Shown here: piece by piece, positions 39,141 through 53,084 of the stretch
Numbering within the stretch: position 1 is the stretch's first letter
Layout of the letters: each line of letters begins with the position of its first letter
NCBI GenBank assembly: GCA_951406725.2
Contig: OX597819.1
Coordinates: 112,034,001-112,098,000, forward strand
Direction: 5' to 3'
Source of the DNA: Octopus vulgaris
Taxonomy: Eukaryota
Length of the DNA: 64,000 nt
The notes under the pieces: generated by a model
Databases searched by the model: none
What the model was told of the DNA's origin: nothing
Seen by the model: the letters and a program-made list of their open reading frames with translations, nothing else
Made by a program: the position numbers and the translations under genes

Positions 39141-40049
39141 AAAAAAAAAAAAACCCATAAAAGAAAAAATATGTCAGCCTGCTATGAAGTTCTGAAAAAA
39201 AAACCCCCAAAATTAAATAAACCTCACACCCTTCTCCCCACTCCCAGCAATGGAAATTGCTAATAGCAGAAATTCCAAAAGATACAGGAAACATATTTTT
39301 TTACCCATTTTGCAGTTAATTGGTGATCAAAGTATCAAAAGATCTATGAAAAGATTGCAATTATGAAAATAAAAAAATAAAAAAACATCAAAGGGACATA
39401 CGTTCTAGGCTAGTGGTACTATTTTAGGTAAAAATAGTTGGTGATGATGGTAGAGGTAATAGTGGAAGTGACAATGTTTTAATAGATGATGTTGTTTTTG
39501 TTGTTTTTAGTGATAATGGTAGCAGAAATAATGTTGTTGGTGATGCCATGATGGTGTTTGTAGTAAATGCAATGTCAGTACCATTGCAAATGTGTTAGTG
39601 TTGTTGTAGTAGTTTGCTGTTAGCAGTGAAGATGACAATAATAATGGTAATAAAGACTGATTTCAAATTTTGATGCAAGGACAGCAAATTTTAGGGGAAG
39701 GCATAAGTCAATTACATCAATCCCAGGGCTCAACTGGTACTTATTTTATCGACCCAGAAAGAATGAAAGGCAAAGTCAACCATGGCAGAATTTGAACTCA
39801 AAACACAAAGACAGATGAAATGCTGTTTAGCATTTTGCTTGGCATGCTAATGGTTCTGCCAGCTTGAATTGTTGTTTAGCTTCATTATCAGATCCTGATC
39901 CAGCAACTTTCAAAGACATACCGAGCATGACCCTCACACGTTTTTTGCAGTCATTGTGTATCAATGATTATATTATTTCATGTGTCCTTCAATGGTAAAA
40001 TGTAACTTGAGGAAGGTTTGTGCTCTATCTCTAGCAGGTAAAGTAATCA

Positions 40050-41050
40050 TATAAAGGCTCTCAATGATGTTAATATGGTTGCTAATGGTGACAAAAATGT
40101 TAGTTGCATTGATATATTGTTGCTGTTGTTGTTACCAATGGTAAAGGTGTTTCTGGTGGTGGTGGGGTGATGATGATGATAGTGTGGTGCAGACGATGTT
40201 GATGTTGCTAATAGTGATGACAGTGACAGTGTTGCTAATGTGGATGGTGTTAGTTGTAGTGATGTGGTGATGTTGATGCTATTGCTACTATTGAGGATGA
40301 TGTTGGTGCTGATGATAGTGTTAGCCGTATAGGCTGACAGGATGATATTGTTGTTGCTAATGGCGATGGTACTGTCGTTGATGCTATTTCTAATGCTGAT
40401 GATGATGATGAAAATGGTTGTAATATTATTCATATTGATGTGATGATGTTAATGGTGATGACAACGTTGTTGATGGTGGTGGTAAGAGTTACTAATGATG
40501 ATGGTGGTGGTGCTGCCAGTGGTGATGATGATGGGGTAGCTTAGAGTTATGATGATGTGACGATGATGATAATGGTGATAATGTTACTGATGGGGACGAG
40601 GTGATGTTAGTGGTGATGACGATGTTGTTGATGGTGGTGGTGCTGCCAGTGGTGATGATGATGGGGTAGCTTAGAGTGGTGATGATGATGACAGTGGTGA
40701 TGTTACTGATGGGGACACCGGTATCTGTTGAACTGGCATGGTGCTATTGTTGCTAATCATGAGGTTTAAGGTTGGTTCAAATAGCTGATGTTTTATTGTT
40801 GCTACTGCTGCTTTTAGTAACAATAATGTTGATAAGGGTTGTAGTGAAGGTGAAATAGGGGGCATGATGGTGTTTGTGTAGTGTGGAAGAGAAACTAATG
40901 GAGTTCTTAAGGATAATATGTGTGTGGGAAGTGATTATGATAATGATGAACGATGAGAATAATGAAGAATGATGATGAACATTGATGAATGATGAGCAAT
41001 GATGATGATGTAGAAGAGGAGGTTCATGATGACAATGGTGATATTATACT
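40050..41050. repeat. GAT/GGT low-complexity tract with a ~130-bp internal duplication
   Basis: ATGGTGGTGGTGCTGCCAGTGGTGATGATGATGGGGTAGCTTAGAGT at ~40501 and ~40631. Confidence 0.85.
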
Positions 41051-42901
41051 GATGACAAGTGGCAGAGGCCACAAAAGCAGGCAACACATTTTTTTTTAAT
41101 GAATATTATAATAACACCTTAGAAAAAAAAATTTTCAATTTTAGATTAAGATCTTAAATGACTTAATTTTCCATCCATCAGATTCTGTTTTGAACAACAT
41201 TGGAAAAAAAAAGTGAGGAAAAAAACAGAAAAACCCCTCAGATTTTGCAAAGAATGTTGAAAAAAATGACCAAAAATTATTCTAAAATGCCTGAGATTTC
41301 CATTTTGTCAAATTAGAGAGCAAATATAATTTTGAAGTTGATGCACAAAAATGAAGACCTTCCATGATGCTTCAGAAAACTAAGAATGGTAATTGTCACA
41401 ATATGTTCAGTCCCAGGCCAGACCTATCTGATTCTCTGACATCACTCACCTCAAGTGCTAAAGATCCTCACTTCAAATACCAACTAAACCTAACTACACA
41501 CATACTTGCGGGTATAGCCATGTGTTGAAGAAACTCTCTTTGCAATCATATGGTTCTTGCTTCAGTGCCACACACTGGCACCATGATCAATAGTTTCTCC
41601 CTACCTAATTTTACTAGGTAGGTAGAAACTGTTAATATCCCCACCATCTGGCCCTGGGGTATCTTTAGCGGAATCCAAACTGTTGAAAACCTTCACATCA
41701 GGTTGCTTGTTGGAGGATAACATCATTAAATTACATTACTTCATGTTGCAACAACCCATAAAACTTGGTTTTGGCAGCATTTGAACTCAGGACATAAAAA
41801 TGGATGACACGCCGCTAAACGTTTTGCCCAGCATGCTAACAACTGTGCCAGCTTGCTGCCTTAACACATTCAAATATTGACCACATGTATCACGAAGTGT
41901 GTTCATATTACAATGCTACATAACTACTTAGGGTCTTTCAGACATTGATAGCTATAACAATAATAACAGTTGTACACAATATACTGAAAATTCAAATACT
42001 GATTACATACTAACAGAAAAAATAATAGTCATTCTCTTTTTGTTTGCTAACGTTTTGGGTTGACTTTTAAATAATTGTGTCTTCTGGTTATGTAAGAGAA
42101 TGGAGAAAGATGAAATTAGCGGCATGCCATCCATCTTTATGTCCCGAGTTCAAATGCTGCCATGGTAAACTTAGCCTTTCTTCTTACAGGGTCGATAAAA
42201 TAAGTACCAGTTGTGCTCGGGGGTGGAGGTGGGAGGCAATGTAATTGACTTATCTCTTCCCCTGAAATTGCTGGCCTTGTGCCAAAATGTGAAACTAATA
42301 TTTAAATACATTTTTGTTCAATTAACAATTCATTTTCTTCTTCATTTGTATTATCTTTTTTAAAGGGGTCAGCTTTTAGAGAGAGGGGGAGGAGGGGAAG
42401 AGAGAGGGGAAGGGAGAGAAAGAGAGAGAGGGAGGGAAAGAGAGACTATGCATATGTGTCAGTGATAGGCAAGATGTGCATGTTGTGTGTGTGTGTTGTA
42501 TTTGCAGTGATACAGGGTGTTGCAGATGGATGATATTGATGTAACGACAGTGTACTCCAACTGATGTCTCACTTCACCTGCCATAGGAGCTACATACTTA
42601 GATGGGGGTTCAGCTGACTTCTGCTAGTTCATTGCACATTTGCAGAGATCAACAGTTGGTTAAATAGACCCAAACAGTTGGATGGTACTTTATTAATTTA
42701 TTGACTCCAAAAGAATGCAAGGAAAACATAACTTCAGCAGAATTTGAACTCAGAATGTAGAGAGGCAGAACAAATACTGGAAGGTATTTTGTCTAACATT
42801 CTAATGATTCTGCTACTCCAACAAACATTTTGTATTATTTTGTTTTACCAATTTTTATAGAGACTCTAATCTGAAAGCGTTGCTATCTAAGGTAGAAAAT
42901 A

Positions 42902-43318
42902 GTTATTTCTTTATTGCCCATAAGGGGCTAAACATAGAGGGGACAAACAAGGTCAGACAAGGGAATTAAGTCAATTACATCGATCCCATTGATTAACTGG
43001 TACTTATTTAATCAACCCCGAAAAGATGAAAGGCAAAGTTGACCTCGGCAGACTTTGAACTCAGAACATAACAGCAGAAGAAATACCTATTTCTTTATTG
43101 CCCACAAGGGGCTAAACATAGATGGGGCAAACAAGGACAGACAAATGGATTAAGTTGATTATATCGACCCCAGTGCGTAACTGGTACTTATTTAATTGAC
43201 CCCGAAAGGATGAAAGGCAAAGTTGACCTTGGTGGTATTTGAACACAAAACGTAACGGCAGACAAATATCGCTAAGCATTTCGCCCGGCGTGCTAACGTT
43301 TCTGCCAGCTTGCCGCCT
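42902..43318 (-). mobile_element. SINE family B partial tandem dimer with 14-bp TSD
   Basis: TSD TAAGGTAGAAAATA at 42888-42901 and 43319-43332 encloses one full and one headless unit. Confidence 0.9.
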
Positions 43319-43344
43319 TAAGGTAGAAAATATTGCTCTACATT

Positions 43345-43795
43345 TTACTGGCCGTGTGGCTAAGAAGTTCACATTATAGCCACATGGTTTTGGGTTCAGT
43401 TCTACAGTGTGGCACAGTGGGGAAGTGTATTCTACTATAGCCTTTGCTGAGCAAAGCCTTGTGATAGGATTTGGCAAATGGAAACTGAAAGAAGCACATC
43501 ACATGTAGGGCCAAAACCATAGCTTATGTAAGTATATGTGTGCATGTTCATGCAAATGTGTGCGAGTCGCCTTGTCTTGACATTATGCAACAGTTATAAA
43601 ACAATCAAAACCATCATAGAAATGGCACTGTTCATTTCCAGTGTTTCTTGAAAGCATGTCTGGCAATGAGAAAATATTACATTGCTTGCAAAATGGTGAG
43701 GGTTGGCATCAGGAAGGGCATCAATGAATTCCTTCTGACCCATGCAAACATGGAAAAGTGGATGCTAAAATGACACTGACATAAAGATGATTTTT
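43345..43795 (+). mobile_element. SINE with family-A head and RTE-type tail (3' half also at ~14400-14680)
   Basis: Head CCACATGGTTTTGGGTTCAGT...GGAAACTGAAAGAAGC, tail GGGTTGGCATCAGGAAGGGCATC...CATGGAAAAGTGGATG. Confidence 0.7.
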
Positions 43796-45936
43796 ATGTC
43801 ACTATAATTTTTATGTGACTATATCAATATCTGAAAAATATTGTACCATTGTGTGTATCAATATATTTGTGATGCATTTTGTTATTTTCATATAAATTAG
43901 AACTTGCTCAACAAGTTGTTGTTTCTTAACCACAGCTCATTGCACCCTGGTAAAACAGACCTCTGATCAAAGGCATTCCACCCATGACTACCCTGCCATT
44001 TTGGAAGCAAGGCATCAAGGTCTACATTATCATTTTCCAATGTGCCCCTCTTTTATGACAGTGAGGGTATGAATTGAGAGATATATGGTAGCTATTTTCA
44101 GCATATTGAGAACCAGATAGAAGTTGACATTGAGGACAGAGCTGCGCACGGGGCAGCTTATATCAAAATACCTTACTTAAAATAAAATACCTAGCAATTT
44201 ATTCATTTGCTTTAAATGTTTTTTTAATTCTGGCATAAGTCGGATAGTTACATATTTGAGGCGGTGACTAGATGAACTTCCTGTTGCAAACCCTTACCTG
44301 TTTTACAAGTAAGGAAATACTGGTTGCTCATGATGCAGTGGGTTGTGCATTTGAGTGTGTGATGTGGCCATCCTGCCACCTCCCTTCTTTTGTATTACAA
44401 AGAGAAAGGATCACATGGAAAGCAGTCCACTGCAGCACCTTGCCAATTGCAGTGCAGCAATATTTAAAACAAAAATGAAGTTTATTTGATAAAATAATTT
44501 GTATTTCTAAGCTTCAGTAGTTTCTGAGATAACAGAGCAGACAGAGTAATCAATCAACCAATCAATAAATCAATCAAGCAAGCAGGATAAAATAACAGGA
44601 TAGTTGGGCTATGAGAAGAACTGATGGTGGTTTGAGGTTCCCAAGTGGCCATGAGCAGTGAAAGTTTTCATAATGTACTAGGATGACAATGGGAGGTGGC
44701 CATGTCAAGATAAAAGCTAACAAAAGACAGGGAAAGAAGCGCTGAGGTTAGATCGAAGGATGCAGAGTTCTCATAGAAGAGATAGTCATATTACAGGACA
44801 GAAAATGGAGTTGGGGGAGACATGTCCTATTACAGATCTGTACAACCCACACAAACATGATGTGGGGGAAAAATGTGAACATCCAACAACAGAAATTGTA
44901 ATGATGATGATGAGTGATGATGCTGTCACTGTTGCTGCTGATGATAATGATGATGACATTAACTGTAATGATGAATGTAATTATGAAGATAATCATGATG
45001 TCAAAGATTATAATAGTAATGATTATGATTCCTTATGTAAGTACAAAACCACATGTATTAATCTAGATCAACTCAGGTACTTGATTGGTGCTCATCAAAA
45101 GCTTGAGGAATGAAAGGGGTCCAACAACAAAAAGCTTTCTAAACTCAAAACTAAGAACCATTTTATTTGTCATTGTACTACTTCTGCTGTCTGCAACCTT
45201 ATATGATCTTTAAGCAGATGTTCATCACTGGACTGTGTCCATACATTGTTATCATAGTCGTCGTCGTTTAATGTCTGCTTTCCATGCTGGCATGGTTTGG
45301 ATGTTTGACTGTGGCTGGTAAGCCAGAAGGCTGTACCAGGCTCCAATCTGATATGGTAAAGTTTCTACAGCTGGATGCCATTCCTAACGCCAACCACTCC
45401 AATAACATATATGTGTGTGTGTGTGTGTGAGTGTGTGTATGAATGTGTGTGAGTGTGTGTGTATGTGTATAAGTATGTGTGTGTGTGTTATATATATATA
45501 TGTATGTATGTATGTATGTATTTGTGTGTCTCTGTTTGTCCCCCTACCATCACTTGACAACTGATGTTGGCATGTTTACGTCCCCGTTACTTAGTGGTTT
45601 GGCAAAAAAAACTAATAGAATAAGCACTAGGCTTACAAAGAATAAGTCCTGGGGTCAATTTGTTTAATGAAAGGTGTTGCTCCAGCATGGCTGCAGTCAA
45701 ATGACCGAAACAAGTAAAAGAAAAAAAATATTTATGTTCACAGGATAACAGTTGCTTCTGGGCTTATCGCCTATCCTCTCCAACAACCTTATGGACTTAA
45801 AGAACAAATAAGAAAATATGACCATGGTTGAGTTGATGTGGAAGCCTCAACAGGGTCATTTGGCTTGTTAGAAAAGACATCCAAATCTGCAGTAAAGAGA
45901 AGATACATGAGATAACATATTCATAGACACTCTTAA

Positions 45937-46157
45937 CCCTTTAGTGTTCACATTATTCTGCCCAAATTAATGCTTTTTTATCCACGTTGTTTTGAACTAA
46001 TCATGCATTATCTTGTAGCTATGAGATTTTGAGGAGGTAGCTGTTGATTTTTAAAACGATATTGTAGGGTAGGTGTGAGAGGCCAGATCTGGCCAGTTTG
46101 ACCATAAAACAAGCAGAATACTTTTGGCCAGATATGGCCGGTTTAAATGCTAAAGGG
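45937..46157. mobile_element. piggyBac-type TTAA MITE, family 2
   Basis: TTAA TSDs and CCCTTTAG TIRs; reverse complement of 34232-34451. Confidence 0.9.
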
Positions 46158-46539
46158 TTAAAGAAACAAGAAGGCTTCAGCTGGAATGCCTTCAACCACA
46201 GCAGGTTTGTTTAATGAAGCCAACTTGGGGAGGTTAAACAAGCATAATAACAACAACAACAACAACCATGAACCAACTAGGAAACATTCCTTTAAGCACT
46301 TGGTCTTCCAGAAATAACAGCTAAAACATGTCTCAAATAATGGCCTACTGAATTACAGAACACTTTGGGTAATCTCACCCTAGACACACTATATCTGAAT
46401 AAAAGATGAGATGGCTAGGGTTGAAATTCATTTGATCACAGTTTTATTTGATACTGGGGGCAACCTGGGATTAACACTCTCTTATCTAAGTCAAAATAGA
46501 AGGATTAACGGAGCAACTTGCCTCTCACACTATAGAAAC

Positions 46540-47370
46540 ATTTCTCATGGCATTGCTTTGGAAGATGGTGAGGAAGATGTATTGAAACAGCCACTCAGGC
46601 TCACACTTGCAGACAACAATCTCTGCCCTGATAGCTGGGATATAGTATGAGGGAGAAGAATGCTGGAGGTCTCAACTGCCACAGGCCCGACTATAAACCC
46701 ATTGGAGAGTGACCGATACTTTGACAATTTGCTTTTCTCAGCCTGACAAGCAGCAGAGCCTGGGCTGGTAGCTGACAACACCAAGTTGCTGTTGCTGTTG
46801 AGCAAACGGTCTTCGTCCCAGAACTCGCCAGATGGGAGAAGTCCGAAACGTGGTCCTTTTGCTATTCATTAGACCCGCAGAAGAGAAAGCAGGTCAACCC
46901 CCGACACCGAGAGCATCGACAGATGGATCAATGCGCATCCAGGCTCAGCGGTTGTGTAGGAAGTCGATCGACAGATGGATCAATGCGCATCCAGGCTCAG
47001 CGGTTGCGTAGGAAGTCGGGGACAAGAAACAGAAAGAAAGAGAGAAAGTTGGAGCAAAAGAGTATAACAGGGGTCGCCACCACCCCCTGCCGGAGCCTCG
47101 TGGAGCTTTAGGTGTTTTTGCTCATTAAACACACACAACGCCCGGTCTGGGAATCGAAACCGCGATCCTCTGACCACGAGTCCGCTGCCCTAACCATTGG
47201 GCCATTGTGCCTCCACACCAAGTTGCTGCTGGAGAAGGGGTCACAGCATGTGGTATCCCAGATGAGGAGTCTACTGCCAAGGAACAGGAACATTCTCATA
47301 CTGATCAATCTTTTACTGTCCCCGCAGTCTAGCCCCACAACAATGTGACTACTCCAACAGCTTTCCATAG
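46540..47370 (-). mobile_element. CRE-like RLE non-LTR retrotransposon C-terminal fragment, split by SINE C
   Basis: With the SINE removed: GLDCGDSKR...RLLIWDTTCCDPFSSSNLVLSATSPGSAACQAEKSKLSKYRSL..FIVGPVAVETS...EPEWLFQYIFLTIFQSNA. Confidence 0.75.
46792..47214 (-). mobile_element. Young tRNA-derived SINE (family C) with 14-bp TSD and 52-bp internal duplication
   Basis: Head GGAGGCACAATGGCCCAATGGTTAGGGCAGCGG...GGTTTCGATTCCC; TSD ACACCAAGTTGCTG (46778-46791, 47215-47228); duplication 46915-46966 / 46967-47018; (CAACAG) tail. Confidence 0.92.
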
Positions 47371-47669
47371 TTCCTTTTGTGCCTCTTTATATGGGCTTCC
47401 ATAGTATTCATGATAAAAAAAAACAGTATTAATATCTCTTATTTTGCTAAGTGGCTTCCAGATGAAACAATAAAAAAAAAAAGAATGTGAGAACAACAAA
47501 AAAATAAACAAGACAAATAAAACAAAATTTAACTTTTCTAAATTTGAGAAAATCTAAAGAGGAAAATATAGATTGTTCCATAAAAACAGACAATAAAAAA
47601 CAAAAGACAATACTAACAAAACCCATCACAAATGTTTGCTTGTTTGTCTGTGAAAAATGTGATGCAATG

Positions 47670-47703
<34 letters not shown>

Positions 47704-47754
47704 GTTACTTCTGTTTTATGTGTATTTTCATTATATATATATATATTTATATAC

Positions 47755-47795
<41 letters not shown>

Positions 47796-48049
47796 TATAT
47801 ACATACATATATATATATACATACATATATATATATACATATATATATATATACATACTATGCACGTATATATATGTCCATTGTATATTTGTAAAGAGTT
47901 CTTATTGTTGCTTTAAATCCATTCAGCTTGAAATAGTTTTCATTGAAGTGTATTCATTCAGTGTTTGTAGCTAACTATGTTGCAGCTAAGTTTAAGCACA
48001 CACAACCACACAGACTCATAATTTCAATACAGGACTGTGAGTATGTAAG

Positions 48050-48300
48050 CATGTGTGTGTACACCTGTGTGTGTGTGTATGTGTGTGTATGCATGTATGT
48101 GTGCACATGTATTATGTGTGTGTGTGTATTATGTGTGTGTATATGTATTATGTGTGTGTATGTATTATGTGTGTGTATGTATTATGTGTACGTATGTATT
48201 ATGTGTGTGTATGTATTATGTATGTGTATGTATTATGTGTTTGTGTATGTATGTGTGTGTGTGTACGTGTGTGTGTATGTATGTATATATGTATATACGT
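48050..48300. repeat. TG-based compound repeat (TATTATGTGTGTGTATG-like units)
   Basis: Directly visible. Confidence 0.9.
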
Positions 48301-49744
48301 ATGGGCATGACTTTAAACTGCGTTTGGTGGTGGGACCCTGATTCACGAGTTCCAGGGTTTTGAGGAGTGTGGAACCACCTCTTAGCCATTGTTATTCCCA
48401 TGTCTATGCTGATGTGGAATAGTAACAGTTATAGGCTAACTAGCATGTGATCCAATGAGAGTGGAGGGCCCCTACTTTTCATTAGAACTGCCTTCTACAG
48501 AAGGAGGGCTCCTACTTCTCATTAGAACTTTCGTCTACACAAGGTAAACTTGTATAAAAAAGAAAAAACCTGAAGTGCAGTTGGTTTCTGGTTGTCTCAG
48601 CCTCTGTTGTGCCACTCATGTTATAGCTGATTGCGCAGAAACCTGGGTTCAGTGTAGGGCAACACTCTGTCCACTCAAAACAAATTCATGAACAGGAACA
48701 CCTTGGACTCTTGGAACATTTGCATGAGTTCAGAAAGTGGTCTTATTCAGTCATGAGTTGATTTCCACCATACATACACACACACACACATTGGGCTGTT
48801 GTTGTTTTTTAGCCCCAATCCTCCTCATAATCATAATTATTTTCTAAATTGATTTTTTAAAAATATTTACAAAAAAAAAAAAAAGAGATTTTTTTGTGGC
48901 ATTGCCAGTACCACCTGACTAGCCCTTCTGCCGGTGGCACGTAAAAGCACCCACTACACTCTCAGAGTGGTTGGCATTAGGAAGGGCATCCAGCAGTAGA
49001 AACTCTGCCAGATCAAGATTGGAGCCTGGTGCAGCCATCTGGTTCGCCAGTCCTCAGTCAAATCATCCAACCCATGCTAGCATGGAAAATGGACGTTAAA
49101 CGATGATGATGATGATGATGATGATGATGATATATATAGGCAACTCATTAGACTCAAAAAAGCTTTGAGTCTGATGAGCCACCTTTACTCTAAGTAAAGT
49201 CAATGGTTACTCTATGACTGGCCATAACTTTTAACTTTCTAAAAAATATATATTTATACACACACATAAATGTATATAGAACATTTCAGTTTTACTACCT
49301 TTCTTCTATGTGAAATTTATTGCTTGAGTTAATAACTATTTGGAAATCAATGGGTAAAAATCCATGATTCTTACTGGTTACCTCACACCTGCAATGTACC
49401 TAAATACAAAAGCGGAGATGTATATGCCTTGTTAACACAGGCAGAAGTACATTCTTAAATACTGGTCCAAGCTGCCTTAGAGCAATAACATAATGTTCTC
49501 CACCACTGCGACTCTCCATTGGGCCTTTCCTCTTTACAATAATTCTCTTTCATTATTCCTTTCTTCCTACATCTTTTTCCTCTCTGTCTTTTTTTCTGTA
49601 TCCCACTCCAAGTCCCTTTTTTTCTCTCTCCTCCATCTATCTACACCTTCTTCATTCCACTTATGATATTCCATTCCTCCAGATCTGGATATTTAAACTG
49701 ATCTTACTTCTAACCACAGAAATAACTCTTCAACTCTAAATCAT

Positions 49745-49923
49745 GAAACATTTCTTCACGCTCAGAGTTGCTGAAGCATGGAATAAACTGCCTACGTCAG
49801 TTGTTGACTGCCATGACACTGCATCCTTTAAGGCCCTCATGCTTTCCGAAATCCGTCGAAACTACACCTGATTATATATGCACTTTAGATGAGTTGTGGT
49901 GCACCTGAGCACTGTACACAATG

Positions 49924-49957
<34 letters not shown>

Positions 49958-50030
49958 GCTTTATATGCACTTTTGACAAGTTGTGGTGCATCTGAGCACT
50001 GTATACAATAATTTCATTATTATTATATTA
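49745..50030 (+). mobile_element. 3' end of CR1-group LINE with (TTA)n tail and duplicated terminal segment
   Basis: KHFFTLRVAEAWNKLPTSVVDCHDTASFK; TATATGCACTTT...GTTGTGGTGCA.CTGAGCACTGTA occurs twice. Confidence 0.8.
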
Positions 50031-51340
50031 TGAGTTATCACCCACCCAATTATTCTAAGTTTTTCCTTTATATTAAAAAATATATATTTCTTCTCCTGAA
50101 AGGCTTTGCATACAGGATTTCAAATGTAGCAAATTTTCTCTTTTTGTTTCACAGTGCTCAACTTAGATGTATGATGTGCCCACCTGGAGAGTGTCAGGCA
50201 TTATTATCTTCACATAAAATTCCAACTCATGGTCATTGTTTGTTAGCAGGGTTGTCATTAAACTATATTTATAGTTGAATGCTTTTACTTTTTGTCTAAG
50301 AACCATAACTATTCTCTCTTTCTCACACACATATATACAAAAGCATGCAAGTATGGACATATATATACATATATATATATACTGATATTATTGTATATGT
50401 ACATAATTGTGCATATGTGTGTGTGCATGTGTGTATACATATATGAGTGCTTGAATATATGTATGAATAAAATGGAAATATTACACCTACACATGAACTT
50501 AAACAAATGACAAAATGAAATACATAAACACTCTTAATACACATTTCTGACAACATACACATGTACACACGCACACACACACACACATGCACACACACAC
50601 ACACATACACGCACACCCACACAGCACAGGCACACACATACACACATACACCCACACCCACACAGCACAGGCACACAGTTAAGGCAACACAAATAAACAT
50701 TGATACAATCAATAAATTCATGCTAATACTTCAGAGGAAGAGATTATAGTTACATTCACCTATCTACACTTTTTTAAACAAACAGATGTACACAACACAC
50801 ACATTTCGGAAAAATAAAAACTGATGCCAACACAATAAACTCTAAATTGAAAAAAAAACAACCAAAAAATCTTACACCCACATTTTAAATTAACTACATT
50901 TTCAGTGAGTAACCAATTCTAAAACTAAAAGAGAATAGTGAAAAACCAAAGGTCACAAGAGGAATTGCTGTGTCTGTGTGCATACATGTTTTTGCTGTTT
51001 AGCCTTCAGGACAGTCATACTGAAGTAGAACTATGATTAAAAGTATTCTAATAGTGGCCATCCTTTTTAGTATTTGTGTGCATCTGAGTTTCAGGTGTAG
51101 CTCTGTGATTAAGAAGTTCAATTTTCAACTATGTGGTTCCAGGTTCAGTCCCACTGTATGGCACCTTGGGCAAGTGTCTTCTACTAAAGCCTTCAGAAGA
51201 ACTCATCTCAGATTGTCATGAACACAGAACATTCTTTTAACAACAATCCCCTTGAGACCAGTTCCATCCAGTTCTATCAGACTGTATTGTTTTAAATTAG
51301 TAAATGGAAACTGAAAGAAGCCTACTATGTGTGTGTGTGT

Positions 51341-51392
<52 letters not shown>

Positions 51393-51944
51393 TGTGTGTG
51401 TGTGTGTGGAAGTGTATATGTTCACACATGCACGTGATACTATGTTAGTTAACATATGTAAGCCAATGAGGGAGCTTCTATGTAATCACACCACACATAA
51501 GAAATAGTAGCTAAATCTCCCTCATAGAATAGTCTTGTATCTGAAAAAAAAAAAATAATGGAAAATGTAATCCTGAAAATAAGATGGGATAGTCATGTGT
51601 GGAACTCTTTTGATTACAGTTCTGTTTGAAGAGAGTTGACCTGAGGCTTAACAACAACAACAACAACAACAATGACCACCACTACTTAATAAATTGACCC
51701 AATCCACTTTGATTTTATCATCTCTGAATTATATTTGTTTGCACATATCAATTGCATGTGTCCGTGGGTGTGTGTATGCACGTGGGTGTATGGATAATGT
51801 GCATGTGTGGGCATGCAAATGTGTACAAGAGTGTATGAATATGTGATTATGTATGTGTATGTAGCTTCTGTGCATATGAATGTGAGTATGCATGTGTATG
51901 TCTATATGTAACTATGTGTGCATGTTGTGCTCTCTCTCTCACAT

Positions 51945-51975
<31 letters not shown>

Positions 51976-52992
51976 ATGTATATGTAAGATGTGTGAATGT
52001 GTGTGTGTGTATATGATGACCTTTAAAACAACCTCCAATGTGTATTTGATGTAATCAGCATCAACTATATAACAACATATAAAATCTAAATGTTTCTTTT
52101 AAATTCAAGGAGGGGAGAAAGGAAAACAAAAACAAACAAAACCCACTTCAGCTTGTCATGAACCTAGAACATGCCCCCACCACAGTATCTTTCAAAAACA
52201 ATCCACCTGAGACCACCACCACCATCTGGTTCTATCAAACTAAATGATTTGTTTCACAGTGTTATAATCTTATATTCTTTTACATGCTTCAATCATTAGA
52301 CCACAGCCATGCTGGAGCACCAGCTTAAAGGGTTTAGTACATCAAATTGACCTCAGTACATATTTTAAGGTTGGTATTTCTTTTATCAGTGTCTTTTTGC
52401 TGACCCACAACGTGATAAGGATATAAATGAACAGACAGTGGTTGTCAATCTGCGACAGACAAACACATAGACGCACACACAAACATGTGAGTGTGTGTGT
52501 GTGTGCGTGCCTTCTACAAAGTTCCATTTTACAAAATTCCCAATCAAGGCATTTGTTGTCATGGAACTGTAGCAGAAGTTACTTGCTTAAAGCGCCAAGC
52601 AGTGGGACTGAACCAGGAACCATATTATTGTAAAATAAACTTCTTAACCTGACGACCAGAGAGTTGTCTATATGTCTATATACATCTCTCACCCTCTTGA
52701 TACATATTACAAGATCCTGTGATCAATCAGATCATTGAATGTTCATATATGTCACTGGTTACAATGTACTTTGCATTGTTTTAGATTGTGGATGATGCCA
52801 CCTTCAGCAGATCAGCATTTCCCTTCATCAGATGGCTAGTCCACCTCAGGGTTATTGATTTGCAGCTGAGTGGACGGGAACAATATGAAATGAAGTGTTT
52901 TGCTCAAGAGCACAATGTGCAGCCGGTCAGAGAATTGAAACCATGATCTCAAGGTAGTGAGTGCAACAAATCTAACCACTAGCCATGCACCT

Positions 52993-53031
<39 letters not shown>

Positions 53032-53084
53032 TATACATACATAAATGTGTATGTGTACGTATTAATATTAATGTACATATATAT

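Noticed and set aside
44290-44480. Strong minus-strand donor CAG|GTAAGG in unique sequence
   Set aside because: The frame compatible with the flanking exons has a stop just upstream, and there is no convincing acceptor.
47140-47214. tRNA gene
   Set aside because: It is the head of a TSD-bounded SINE, with no proper acceptor stem or terminator.
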